From Camelus ferus (lineage: Eukaryota), in assembly GCF_009834535.1 (NCBI RefSeq), contig NC_045696.1:106704001-106768000 (forward strand): DNA of 64,000 bases, in the 5' to 3' direction. This document shows, in pieces, positions 1 to 12,679 of this stretch (positions are counted from its first letter, which is position 1; every line of letters starts with the position of its first letter). The notes below the pieces were generated by a model. It was not told the DNA's origin, did no database searches, and worked only from the letters and a program-made list of their open reading frames with translations. The position numbers were made by a program, and so were the translations under genes.

Positions 1-1949
1 GGTGTACCTTACCTAAAAGGCTTTCCTGTTTGTTTATAAAAACATGGGTTTTGTATAGTTGCCAGTTTTAATTTCTGGGTTAATACCTGGGGATATTTGC
101 CAGTATAGAAGCAGTTGACCTACCTCAAAGCCTCAAATCTACTGTGAAACTGGAGGAGTTAATGCTCACATATCCACCAGCTATTCTACCTGATGAGATA
201 ACTTACCCATCTACATCAGCAATAAAAGGAAGGTGCTGGGCTGTCTTGGAGCTTTCTCAGATTCACAATGCCATCTCTGTATTCCCAAGGAAATTGGTGA
301 GAATTATGATTACATACCCAAATTGATGATTCAAGAATCTGCATACATGATGATGATGCAATAAACCAGGGAATGTGTTAATAATAATAAAAAGGGTTGA
401 TAGGAAGACCTGCAGTGCTCCCTTTAAATTTTGTAAGATCTGTATGTAAACCTCAGAAGCATTTTTCTATGCATAATTTAATTTTCTCAAAAACCTATGT
501 TATCTAATAGATGCCACTTTGAAAGTTTCTTATCCCGTGGCCTCAACAGCAAGGAAAGATGGGTTCATTCTTCATTGTTTTCCAACACTTGCACTTCCCT
601 CTTCTGATCATTCTGCCAGCGTGTTCTGTTGAGGAAAAGTAATAAGGTCAAAATAAAGAGAGGTTCTTGGAAGGAGCTGGACTGCACAGCAGTATCGGAT
701 GCATTCTGTCCATCCTTGGTGGTGCTGAGAAGAAGACACTGAGGGCAAGCTTCTCCAGAGGCAAGTGGAAAATTCAGAAAGGTCACCAGGTGTAGATTAA
801 GGAGAAGAGCATACATCACCTGCTTGAGTTAGAAAAATGAAATTCTTCTTTTCTAGATGAAAACCTTTTGAGAAGTCGATGGGCTAGGTTTTTCAATAGT
901 ATGTCAAGATGATTTAGATTTAGGCACATCAGTCCACCTTAAAAAGATATTGTCTGATTTTTCTTTTTCTGATTTTTAAAAATAGCATACCTATGGTGTG
1001 TTGAAACAAACAGGTGTACAGAATTAACCATCACCAAAACCTAACCCCGGTTTGGTTTCCGTGTGCAAGAATTCATTAGGGTCAATGAGTCTTTGTGTTC
1101 TAAATGACTTAAATGAGTGGCCCTCGGAACTGAGCCTCCCACCCACCCTGCCCTCTCCTGTCAAGGTCGGTGTACATAGGTCCCTGGCGGGGTCTCTGAA
1201 CAAGCTTTTCTTCTGACCCACACCCTAGATGTCCCAGTTCCTTTCCCTAGAGACAACCACTCATCAGTTTCTTGATCTCTCCAGTAACTCATCCATGCAC
1301 TAGTCATCTCTGCACAAACTAGCAAAGACTAGAGATATCCTCTTTGTTTTCACACAAATCTGAACATTTCCTGTGCACTCTTCAGCACCTTGCTTTTTTT
1401 CCCCCTCTCTCAATAGCACAGTTATCTATTCAAACAGGTCTCTTGAGCACCTTCCATATGCCAGGCACTGATCCAGGCATTTGGAGATCTGAGTTACTCC
1501 AGAGATCCTGTATCTGCACATGTGCATCTAACTCAATCTTTATGCAATTGCCTAGCATCTAATAGGGTTGCATCACTGTCTTCCATATCAGATTTCTTTT
1601 GGAAGGACATCTGAGGAATTCACTGAAGTTGAGAATATTTTGATTTTGAGTTGATCCTTGCTAGGGTTAGAATTCCTCCCAGCTCTGTACCACCTGAAAA
1701 TGTGACTCATACATCTTCTTCATGACACTGAAAGTAATGCTGAACTTTGCAGAGTGACTTGGCACTGTCCCAGAAAATGCCCACGATTTTGCTATGGGTT
1801 CTAAATTCTCATAGTAGGGATCTGTCAGCTTCCACTGAACGACTTCCTGGTCAACAGTTCGCTCCCTTCCTTCTCTTAACCCCCTGAGGAGGTACTCTAT
1901 TTTGCAGAATCAGGCTGGCAGCCTGCCTGGGTATGTCTGGGGCTTTCTA

Positions 1950-2474
1950 AGAGTTAGTTGTGTTTGCCTCAAGCTTATTTATACCAATTGTTCTTGCTAC
2001 TGTAACTGTGCAAATTAATTAAATATAAAGGGAACCAATGAAATATTCGTGTGAAAAAGAAAAGTTGTTTATATGAAAACTGGGCCAAGTGCTTTGAAAA
2101 CATTGGTAAGATTGAGTTGCTTTAAAAAATTTCTGCCCATTTAGATGTGGGTGAGAGAACTGTAGAAAATTGTAGAACCACCACCAAAAAAACCTAAAAA
2201 GAGTACATTCAAATTGCTAATGTCTTTAAATCTTTGTTTGCTAAAAAATCCCCCAAAACCTAGAAATCATAAAGGATTTATCAAAGATGTGCTTTTTGCT
2301 AGAAACAGAACAGAACATGGATGTTGGCCTCAACCCAAAGACTACCCAATGATTGTATATTGTAGCTATTTTTGCATCAATTTCTTAAAGTATATAGGTA
2401 TCATTTTTTAGTGATGCTTTACTCTAACTGGTTTGTTTTTTTAGTTCATAGGTGAACTATCAGGCTTCTACTGT
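1950..2474 (+). mobile_element. TcMar-Tigger DNA transposon fossil with a decayed CENP-B-type HTH coding remnant
   Basis: Around 2055-2175 the sequence translates, with a frameshift and a stop, to KRKVVYMKT...ELL*KISAHLDVGERTVENC, resembling the N-terminal HTH of Tigger transposases (KIAxELGVGETTVKDW-like). It ends in GGCTTCTACTG followed by TA, like a Tigger TIR plus TA target. The left boundary is approximate. Confidence 0.6.
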
Positions 2475-3409
2475 AGTTGACAAATGATTTGAATTCACCC
2501 GATAGTAATATCATTGAGTCCACAGTCATTATTTTATTCCAAATGGTACCATGGGCAGCTGTCTCAGATGCTTACTGATATCAATGTGTAGATATGAGTT
2601 CTTTAGCATTTTCCTTGCTCTTAATAACTCCAAGATTGGGGATAATGCAGCCTGCTCTGTTCTTTGCAAACTCTTTTGTTCTGATTGATTTCTCTCTCTT
2701 TTTCTAAAAGATTACCTTTATGATGCATTGGAATTTTCAAATCCTTCTAAAGGAAATTATTCTAGTCTGAGATGGCTGGGTTTCCAGTCTAGAAATTCTT
2801 CTAGTCTGGGATGTTGGATTGTCCAATTCATTGGAGTGTCCTCTGTGTAGAGTAATTGGTGATATCTATATGAAGAGTTACACAAACATGTTTGGACCAG
2901 TGCAGCACCAAGGCTGAAATTGCAGAGGAAAGGAGATGCACTAAAATGCAAGCTCTACAGGGCTAAGGCCTTTTCCCTAGAATTTGACTGTCTGCATGGC
3001 ACACTTACTGGTCTGTGGATACTTAAGTGTGTCTTTTAACTTAAAAAAAAAAAAACTGGAATTGTATTTACTTGTCTCCATTCTCCAGGTCCCCTTGTCT
3101 AACACTGAATGTGACCCTGAGATGATCCCTGCCTGCAAAATGCTGTAAACTCCTGGTCTCTCGGTACCTGCTGTCTTGTTTTCCACCCCACATTCTGCCA
3201 CTTCTTTATTCTTTGGCCTTCTTTTTTCTATCTCCTTCAAATTAGTTTATCTCTAGTTTCCTTTCTGGCTACTACTATAATTTTTTTTTATTGTTTTCAA
3301 TCTTATTGTAGTGGAGTGACATGAGCAAAATTTACATTTTTTTTTAAGGAAGAGAAAATGCCATGTAAAAATCTATACTGTTTCTCTGACTGAAGTATAA
3401 CATCACCTT

Positions 3410-3575
3410 TTCTCTCTTCCTTCCTTCCTTCCTTCCTTCCTTCCTTCCTTCCTTCCTTCCTTCCTTCCTTCCTTCCTTCCTTCCTTCCCTCCTTCCTTCC
3501 TTCCCTCCCTCCCTCCCTTCCCTTCCCTTCTCTTTCCTTTCCTTTTCTTCTTTTTCTTTTTCTTTTTTTTTTTTG
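3410..3575. repeat. (TTCC)n microsatellite within a long polypyrimidine tract
   Basis: Directly visible TTCC tandem run grading into CCCT, TTTC and poly-T; explains the KEGR-repeat ORF at 3344-3616. Confidence 0.97.
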
Positions 3576-3604
3576 AGAAAAATGGCTTGAATGGCCCCTC
3601 TAAT

Positions 3605-4050
3605 TTGTTTATTCATTCAACAACTATTCACAGAGTTCCTCCATGTGCCCAGCCCTAGGCTAGGCACTGTGATGGTGAGAGTGAATGAGACAGAACTAAC
3701 GTTCATGGGCAGAGACAGGTAACAAAGTAAATAACATAATTTACAAAACAAAATGACCTAAAAAAATGAACACAGGGCTGTGACATGTGGGTGGGGTGAG
3801 GCCACTTCAGAGGGGGTGTTCCCTGTAGCCTGACTGAACAGAAGATGAGATGTAAGCTGAGAAAGTAAGCCACATGAAGAGCATCCAGGCAAAAGGAATA
3901 CACTGTGATGTCCTCGGAGGGAGAGGAGGGGGCTATTTTAGGAACTGATCCAAGACTGATGAGGCTGGAATCCAGTGAGTAGAGTGGGAGACAAGGCACA
4001 ATGATGTGAAGTGAGGTAGAAAGACAAGGCCAGACAAATCATTCATATCC
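3605..4050 (-). mobile_element. LINE-2 3' fragment
   Basis: ATTCATTCAACAA...TGTGCCCAGCCCTAGGCTAGGCACTG is the reverse complement of the L2 3' terminus, followed by purine-rich L2 body sequence. Confidence 0.75.
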
Positions 4051-4109
4051 CTAAGGTATACTTAGCCACCTGTTACATTACTGGTCTATCACACGAGAAC
4101 AGCTAACGT

Positions 4110-4345
4110 TTAATAACAGCTAGTGGCAACAGAGCACCTCATGATGTGTGTGGTGCTGTCCTAAGAGTGCTACATTTATAAATCATCTCTCTTCAAAACA
4201 TCCCTATTAGCAGGTATAGTCATCGTCCCCATTTTGCAGATGAGGAAACTGAGGTACAGAGATAACTTCCCCAAGCCCTACTAGCTAGTAAGATTAACCA
4301 GTGAAATGCAGCCCTAGCCAGTCTAGCGCCAGGGCCCACACTCCA
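4110..4345 (-). mobile_element. MIR SINE
   Basis: Contains the antisense MIR core CCCCATTTTGCAGATGAGGAAACTGAGG. Confidence 0.88.
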
Positions 4346-4521
4346 AGATGTTCTGTGTTCCATGCCACAGCTTCTGAAGAGGCAGTTGCCACACCCAAGT
4401 AGTTAAGAATGACTTTGAGTCAGTTGCAGGTGGGCAGCCTGGGACTGGAAGTTAGATTTAAAAACTTGATGATTCCAGTTTAAGAATTCTGGCTCGAATA
4501 TATTGTAGGTGATATATTTAT

Positions 4522-5998
4522 AGCTCCTTGACAAGTCTTGGCAAGGATTTTTTTGGACAGGACATCCAAAGCAAAAGCAACAAAAGCAAAAATATACAAA
4601 CAACACTACAATCTAAAAAGATTCTGCACAGTGAAGGAAACAAATCAACAAAATGAAAAGGCAGCCTCTGGAATGGGAGAAAATATTCACAAACCATGAT
4701 AAGTGGTTAATATCCAAAATATATAAGGAACTTATATAGCTGACTAGCAAAAAACCAAATAACTTGATTAAAAAATGGGCAAAAGATCTGAATAGACTTT
4801 TCCCCCAAAGAAGACATATAAATGGCCAACAGGTGCATGAGAAGGTGTTCAGCATCACTAATCATCAGAGAAATGCAAATTGAGATCACAGTGAGAAATC
4901 ACCTGATACCTGTTAACATGGTTTTTATCAAAAACATGAGATAACAAGTGTTTGGAAGGATATGGAGAAACGAGAGCCTTTGTGCACTGTTGGTGGGAAT
5001 GTAAATTGCCGTGATTATTATGGAAAACAGTATGGAAATTCCTTAAAAAATGAAAAATAGAACTACCATGTGATCTAGCAATCCCACGTCTTGGTATATA
5101 TCTAAAGGAATCAAAATCAAGATCTTGAAGAGATACCTGCACTCTCATGTTCATTGTGGCATCATTCACAATAACCAAGATACAGAAACAAGTATTTGTC
5201 AATGGATGAATGAATAAAAAAAGTGATATATATATATATATATCTCTTGGAATTTTAAAAATTGAAATATGATTGACACATAACATTATATGAGTTTTAG
5301 GTATACAACATGATTTGATATTTATATATATTGCCAAATGATCACCACATTAAGTCTAGTTAACATCTGTCAACACATAGTTACCATTTTTTTCTTGTGA
5401 TGAGAACTTTTCAGATCTACTCTCTGAGTACCATTGCAAATATATGATACAGTCTCATGAACTAGTCACCATGCTGTATTACCATGGAGTATCATTCAGC
5501 CATAAAAAGAAGAAAATCCTGCCATTTGTGGCTACATGGGTGAGTCTGGAGGGCTTTATGTCAAGTGAAATCAGTCAGGCAGAGAAAGACAAATACTGCA
5601 TGGCATCGCATATATGTGAAATCTAAAGGAAAATAATATCAGATTCAGAAACAGAGCACAGAATGGTGGTTGCCAATGACTGGGAAGGCTGAGAAGGGAA
5701 GGAATAGATGCTGGTCAGAGGGTACAGACTTTCGGTTATAAGATGAGTAACTTCTGAGAATTCAATGTACAGCATGACGGCTATAGTTAACAATAATGTA
5801 TTGTATTTCAATATTGTATTGAAACTTGCTGAGAGTAGATCTTAAACACTCTCACCAAAAAAAAAAAAAAAAAAAAAGGTAACCAGGTGAAGTGATGGAA
5901 GTGTTAATTAACTTGATTGTGGTAATAATTTAATAAAGTATACATGTATCAAATGATCACATTAAGTAAATGTAATTTTGTCCATTGTAACTCAGTAA
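4522..5998 (+). mobile_element. 5'-truncated LINE-1 (end of ORF2 plus 3'UTR), interrupted by an antisense L1 3' end
   Basis: L1 ORF2 C-terminal signatures (GAATGGGAGAAAATATT, TGTTGGTGGGAATGTAAATTG) and 3'UTR signatures (GAGAGTAGATCTTAAA); many stops and frameshifts. Confidence 0.93.
5254..5480 (-). mobile_element. Short L1 3' end inserted antisense into the host L1
   Basis: The reverse complement reads ...GAGAGTAGATCTGAAAAGTTCTCATCACAAG...TGTCAATCATATTTCAATTTTTAAAA, an L1 3' terminus. The host L1 resumes at about 5481. Confidence 0.85.
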
Positions 5999-7239
5999 AT
6001 TGGGTGGAGGGTGGGAATCTTCTCTGGCTTTAGATACCCTAAGTTTTCATAAGAGCTGCTAGTCTCTTTAAAACTTCATCTGGTTCCCAATTCCTCCCCC
6101 TGAGCCACCATCTCCAGCCCTACTCTGTCCTCTTCCCAACAATACTGTTGGTTCCTGCTTTGAACTTTATTCTGTTTTCAGTTCAGGATTATTGAAATAT
6201 TTACATAAATCCTCTTCCTTGATTGTAAGTTAGGACTGTGTCTTCTGAAATTTAAGAAAGATAAAATATGGCTCAACATTTAATCTTTCATTGTTACCTA
6301 GTAACTCATTTTTCTCTCAGAAAACATATCTCTTTTCAGTGTGGAGACTCATGTAATTTGTGATTACTGGATAAGTGAGTTCTGAATCTTTGAAGAACAT
6401 TAGTCTAAATCCACACCCAGTCTGTTCTCTACCTTCCCTCTTTAAATGTGCTTCCCATGCTCTTTTATGTGTGTAGATGAATGTGTTTCTTAGGGCAGGG
6501 ACATTGCTCCATTTTCTGGTTCCTGAGGACTGCAGGGAATTCTAGTTGGTTAATCCTTTCCAAGATATGCTGTCTCTTTTTCCTGGGCCCAGGGCAGCAG
6601 GGCCCCTGGTGAAGGCTATTAAGGGAAGTCCTTAGAGAATTAAACTGAAGGAGCCACTGCTAACGAGCCTGACTCTGAGACTCTGCAAGTCTCATCACTA
6701 ACACTTTATGGATGACATTTGATGGATGGATTGAAGTTGCCAGGGGACTATTTTGCTAAGCTTAAATAAGTGCAATGGATTACAACTGGACAGAAGTCTC
6801 TAAGCAAGACCAAATAACATTTCTGGGGACAATGTGTCTATTAGGAATTTTCTAATTAATTAGTAAGGGCAGAGAGCTGACATACAATCTGGATTAGGAG
6901 CAAGAGTTAGAGGGACCAATAATAGAGGTATGGAAAAAGATGTCGGTGAAGCCAGCCCTTCTGAAGATTGCAGCGGCGTAGGTGTCTGTAGTGGGAGCCC
7001 ACTACTCCCTCTAGTACTATGACTACCTCCCTGTATCCGTCAGCTCCTCTTCCTTCTCTTATCAGTCCCACTTTTCACTCACACCTTCAACGTCAGACCC
7101 CCTGGGCGTTGTTCTCAGACCATTTCTATTCTCAGTCTGCACCACTCTCCTCGGGGGCTCTTTCTCACCCACTATTTCCAGAGAATTCTGGTAACTGTTT
7201 TTACATTCGGCTGCCTGTCTGACCTCTCTTCTGACTTGC

Positions 7240-8030
7240 CTCTTCACCTTGACCTCAGCACATCAAAAACTAAACACGTTATCTGCTCTTCTCTCCTCTG
7301 CAAACCTCTGTTCCATCTCTGTTTTCTATGCTGGATAAATTGCACAGTCCTCCACCTGGTTGCCTAAGCAACAGTTTTCAGTGCCATCCCTGACTCCTCC
7401 CTTTCCTGTACTCCAAGCTCCGTTTGTGTTGCCTCTTGTTTTACCTTTCAATGCTGTTCACTTGCTTCTACTCCACCTGCATCACTCTAGACCATGCCAT
7501 CGTTGTCTCCCACCTGGACTTCCCTAATCCACCCTTAACATGGCTTAAAACCATTCAGTGGCTCATTATCATCACTAGGACCAACTATCTACCCCTTGAC
7601 TTGGTGTACGGCTGTTTATGATCTACATCCTGCTTTTATTCCCAGCTTTATTTTTCCTACTATCTTATGCTCCAGCTGCATCAAGTGGCCTGTGATTCTT
7701 AGAACAAGTCATGGTGTGTCATACTCATCTACCCTTGCACACCCCTCCACCGGCAATGTCCTCTTGCTGCGTTCACCTGTAAATTACTGTCTTTCAAAAC
7801 TCAACCTGGAAGTCACTGCTTCTAATGAAGTCTTTCTGGATTACTGGTTGCTCTCAGAGTTAATTGCTTTCTGCTCTGTACCACCTGTATGTCTTGTGCA
7901 TATTTTTATTATACAATTAATTACATTTTATTGATATTGCTTACTTACTTTTTTGTTTTTCTTGATAAACTTTGAGTTTGAGGGGAAGGACTTTGCTGAT
8001 TTATCTATGATATTCCAAATTACTCAGGTA
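7240..8030 (+). mobile_element. LINE-2 3' region
   Basis: Pyrimidine-rich L2 motifs (CATCCCTGACTCCTCCCTTT, CCATCGTTGTCTCCCACCTGGACT) running towards a decayed L2 tail. Confidence 0.7.
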
Positions 8031-8039
8031 CAGAGAGGG

Positions 8040-9900
8040 TCCAAGTGGGCCAAGCTACAAAAGCACTACAAGGAAGCCATAAAAACTGAACAGAAATATA
8101 TCAACTCTAGCACATAGTAGGAGATACGAAGTTTGCAGCTTAAGTCCAGGTATAATGAACTAATGAAAAAAAAAAAAACCCAAAATTTCCAACTCAACCA
8201 AATCCAGAGTTGCTGCAATGTATTATTTATGAAGTCCAGTTTTCAACCAAAATTACGGAACTGCAAAGAAGTAGGAAAGTGTGGCTCATACTGAGGAATA
8301 ACTCAAAAAATAGAAACTGTCTCTAAAAGGGACCAAATATTGAACTTAGCAGATAGACACCAAAGCAGTTATTATAAATATGTTCAAAGGATCAAAGAAA
8401 AACACATTTAAAAAATTAAAGAAAAATAGTTTTAGTGAATGAAAGTATAGGGATCTCATCAGAGAAATGGAATATATATGAAAATTTAGGAGCAGAAATT
8501 ACAACCACTGAAATGAGAAGTTCATCAGATGGGCTCAACAGTCAACATACCTGTGGGAGGATATGAAGTGGTACAATACATGTCATTGCAGCCCCAGAAA
8601 GAAAGGTTAGGAAGAGATAAAATATTTAAGAAACAATGGCTGAAAACTTCCCAAATTTTATGGAAAATACGAACTCACAGATGCAAGAAGCTTACCAGAC
8701 CACAAGGAGGATAAATACAAAGAAAACCACTCTTAGAAAACTACCTAGAAAACTAATCCTAAGTACGTTGTACTTAAACTGCAAAGATCAAAGAAAAATT
8801 TCATGGCAGCTAGAGAGAATGATATATTACATAGAGGAGAATAATAATATGACAAAGAGCTGACTTCTCATCAGAAACAATAGAAGCCAGAAGATATTAG
8901 AATGACATATTCAAAGAACTGAAAGGAAAAAAAACCATTAACTAAGAATTCCATATCCAATGAAACTATTCTTTAAAAATAAAGGTAAAATAAGGACATT
9001 TTCATGTAAATAAAAACTGAGACAATATATTGCCATCAGGGCTGTGCTATAAGAAATGCTAAGGGAAGTTCTTCAAGATAAAGGGAAATAACACTAATCT
9101 ATAGGAAGTAATAGAAGAATGAATATATACATGTATAATTATATATTATACAATAAATTTTAAAAGTTATGCAACTATTTAAATAAAAAATTATTACACT
9201 GTATTTTTCTCTTTATAATATATATAATTATATATGACAACAATAGCACTAAGGGTGGGGGAGGTGATTGGAAACATACTATTGCAGTTTCTATATTACA
9301 TGAAATAATTCAATATTAGTTCTAAATATTTGGGGATAAGTTATAGATGCAATCTCTATAAAACAATGCAAATTAATATAGCTATAAAGCCAATAAAAAA
9401 GGAACACTTAAGAAATATTTGATTAACACGAAAGAATACAGGAAAGGAAGAACTGAGGAACAAAAAAATAAATGCAACAAATAGAAAATAGCAAAATGGC
9501 AAACCTAAATAAAACCATACAAATAATTATATTAAACATAAATAGACTAAATATTCCTATCAAAAGGCAGAGATTGTTAGACTAGATGAAGATAAGTAAA
9601 AGCCAAGTATATTCTGTCTATAAAAGACACACTTTAAATACAAAGACACAGATATGTTCAAAGAAAAAGCTGGAAGAAGATATACCATGCAAACCATAAA
9701 AAATAAAAACCTGCAGTGATATATTAGACAAAATATACCTCAAGACAAGGAGAGTTACTGGGACAAGAGGGTCATTTCATGATCATAAGGTTAATAGCTC
9801 AGGATGATCTAACAACTACAAATGACAAATGTATGTATAATTTTTATCAGTAACAAACAGCAGTTAGCAATAATAATTATTAGGAACTTAACCTTTTTCA
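8040..9900 (+). mobile_element. Ancient LINE-1 (L1M) 5' part: decayed ORF1 and start of the ORF2 endonuclease
   Basis: ORF 8636-8863 MAENFPNFMENTNSQMQEAYQTTRRINTKKTT matches the L1 ORF1p motif ENFPNL...QEAQRTP.RIN. Around 9530-9590 it encodes LNINRLNIPIKRQRL, resembling the ORF2 EN start (LNVNGLNSPIKR). Confidence 0.88.
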
Positions 9901-9939
9901 AAATTAAGAAACTTTTCTAAAAGTGATTCAAGAGTATAT

Positions 9940-11320
9940 CAAAAGTATAGGTAATAAATACAGTGGTTGTAAACAGGACATATGTTATCTGGGCACAGAC
10001 TCACTTGGTCACTTCAACATAAGGAAAGTTCAAATCATCCTTCTAATGATTTGCAGTAGAAAACTTCCTAGGCCTTCTTTCTTATATATAAATCTATTAC
10101 ATTTAATATACTTTTTAAAAGTTTTTACACATTTTGTTTCTTCCTTAAAGCTTATTATTTATAGATATTTGAAATCCAGGAAGTAAAGTTTATTTCTTTC
10201 ATCTTATTTCATGCTCTGCTACAACCAGCCAATTCTTACTTAAGACAAAATTATTCTCTGCTTTTTCCTGATAAAAACACATCCATTATCTTACACATAC
10301 ATCTCCTTACCAGCATACTCATTCTTTTATATTTCTTAAAAAAAGAACATGAATATTAATAAAGCTCAAAGATATTTGTGCATCCTTTTGTTTACATATT
10401 AACTGATGCCTACATTCTTATGTAGAAAAAAGAATATAGGTAAATGAAAATTATACTAAGTTTTCAAATGTTATTTATCCATTAAAAATCAATGTCAATT
10501 AAAGATCTCAAAGTAAACAAAGGAGATGAAAATCATAGGTTTGAGTTTGCACATTAAGTTCTTATGATTTGTAACATTAAAACATTTCACTAGCATAATA
10601 CTTTAAAAAGACATTTATTATTATTTATAAACTTACTTTTGTAATCTTAAATGAGTTATGCAAACAATAATTTTGACATAAAACCAATACAGGAAATTTA
10701 GAAAATTTTAATCATGAGGAAATAAACTCTACCTTATGCAAACTGGAATATTGTTCTTTATTTTTATAAGGCGGTAAAAACAGGGAGAAGACATAGAGTT
10801 AGTTTTAAACTAAAATTAAATCAGTCTAATTTATCCAAAGCATCTTGATAAGACTGTTACTTTTTCTAATACAATTAAAATATGTTTGAATTTATAAACC
10901 AAATTTTAAAGATTCTTTAAATCATACTTAAAAGCTCTGGATAGCTCTCTTTCTTATCTTATAACCTAGTAACCAAGGCCATTAACTTAATTCACAGGTA
11001 AACTTTTTAAAATTATTTTTCAGAGCTGCAGTAAAAACAGATTTTTTTTTTTTCTCTTAGAATAGCCAAAATAAACAAAATACTAGGAGTTAAATTTTTC
11101 CCTTTGGGAAACCCTTACTTTTTTTTTTTAATTTGTATGAGTTTTTAATATATCATTTTCACCCTGATAGTCAATAGGAACAGAAGTTGCCCCATTAGGT
11201 TTTAAGAGACCTTGTAATCGGATTTATTCCTATTTTAAATTAGATGTGTTTATCTGGATTAGATGTTCTTAGAGTTGAACATAACAGAACAATTTTTTAA
11301 AGACTATTTGATCTCCAAAG
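9940..11320. mobile_element. Possible AT-rich ERV1 (MER4-group-like) internal sequence
   Basis: Very AT-rich, non-L1 texture resembling non-coding ERV1 internal regions; recognised by composition and style only. Confidence 0.35.
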
Positions 11321-11448
11321 TTTCTTGAGCATGAGAAAGAGAGGAAAAGGGATAAAAAAAAAAAAAGAAAGTGAGAGGGAGCTGTCTATAAACAGATATG
11401 GAAGGCGCTACAGATCATCAAAGGAGACTTGGATGCAAGAAAATATAT

Positions 11449-11451
<3 letters not shown>

Positions 11452-11499
<48 letters not shown>
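11452..11499. repeat. (CA)24 microsatellite
   Basis: Perfect dinucleotide run counted directly. Confidence 0.98.
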
Positions 11500-11501
<2 letters not shown>

Positions 11502-11729
11502 GAGTGGGATGGAGAGAGAAAGAGAGGGGTGGAGGAAGAGATATTGAAGCTACAGCTGGTTTAAACAACTCAGCCTTGATAATTCCATGAGGACTGTATG
11601 AATAAAAGCTGATACTATTTCCCAAAGGAGTGTGATCTTTCATATTGAAGTAATATGTCCTTTAGTCAGACAAAGCAGGGAATTTCCCCAAAAGGGTTTC
11701 TTCCCTTTTGTTCTAAGGCAACTATTTCA

Positions 11730-12150
11730 TTTTGGGTCTTCTAAGAAGCAGGCAGCAAAACTGACTTAGATGTGAAAATATCTATTGGGAGAAAAGCCCT
11801 TAAAGGGTGAGACTTAAGACTTCAGTGTAAGTTGACATAGGTAAAGGAAGGGATGAAAGCTGAGAAAACTGGGTACAAAGAGCTTCACCCCACAGTACAA
11901 CTCTATGAAAGTGTCAGCCAGGCATGGGCTGTCCCAGAGCCAAGACTGCCTGTTAGAGGAGTCCTATGTTGGGCAGGAATTTCCCAGATATTGTGCCTCC
12001 ACAGTGCTGAGTTACGGGCTGGAAGCTACCCAGAGGATGTGGTGGATCTTGAAAGTAGGGCAGGTCAGTAGATTGCATTCCTTTCAGAGGTTTTCCCTTA
12101 AAGAAAGGTCTGAGCAGCTCACTCCCATGTCTGCAGCAGAACCTCTCCAG
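11730..12150 (-). mobile_element. Old ERVL-type solo LTR (LTR33/LTR16-like)
   Basis: GGGTCTTCTAAGAAGCAGGCAGC...TCTATTGGGAG resembles the antisense U5/polyA region of old ERVL LTRs; the family is uncertain. Confidence 0.45.
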
Positions 12151-12679
12151 TGAATAGTTTTGGTTGCCACTGCAATTATAAGTTGTCCTTGGTGAGCTTA
12201 TAACATTTAGAAAGATAAATGTAAGAATGAGATTGCATAAGGCAAAGTTCTTCCAGAGGTAGCACAATTTACTAACAGGCATGGCTGACCGTTGGTTTGA
12301 CCCAAGGTCAAGCTCATCCTAACTTCTGAATCAAGAAAGCATCAGCCCTTTTCAGGTCAGAGTGTATGGAGAGAAGAGCTCTCCCAAAGCCATATGCTCA
12401 TATACAGACCAGACTGAGAAATGTTCTTAATAGGTTTTGAGTGACCTAAGGCAAATTTTGCGTTAAGAAGAATTCCAGTCTGTCAAGACATTTTACTCAG
12501 TGCTTTTCAGGGCCAGACTGGACGACAGAATTATGAAACCTATACCCATCTTCTACTCTCTGGACTTTTTGTAGACATGTAATAATATAGATTAAGTAAA
12601 CAGATGGGCAGGCAAATGACTAGTGGCAAATCATGGCTTTGGATGACCATTACCGAATAATGGTTGACTATTAAAGTCA

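Noticed and set aside
84..326. Open frame with a possible donor TTG|GTGAGA at 296/297 and acceptors at 103 or 260
   Set aside because: The peptide is unrecognised, the acceptors are weak, and no partner exons are evident; it cannot be distinguished from chance without a search.
3344..3616. KEGR-repeat ORF; likewise the CV/HT-repeat ORFs at 11.3-11.6, 21.9-22.3 and 63.2-63.6 kb
   Set aside because: Translations of (TTCC)n and (CA)n microsatellites.
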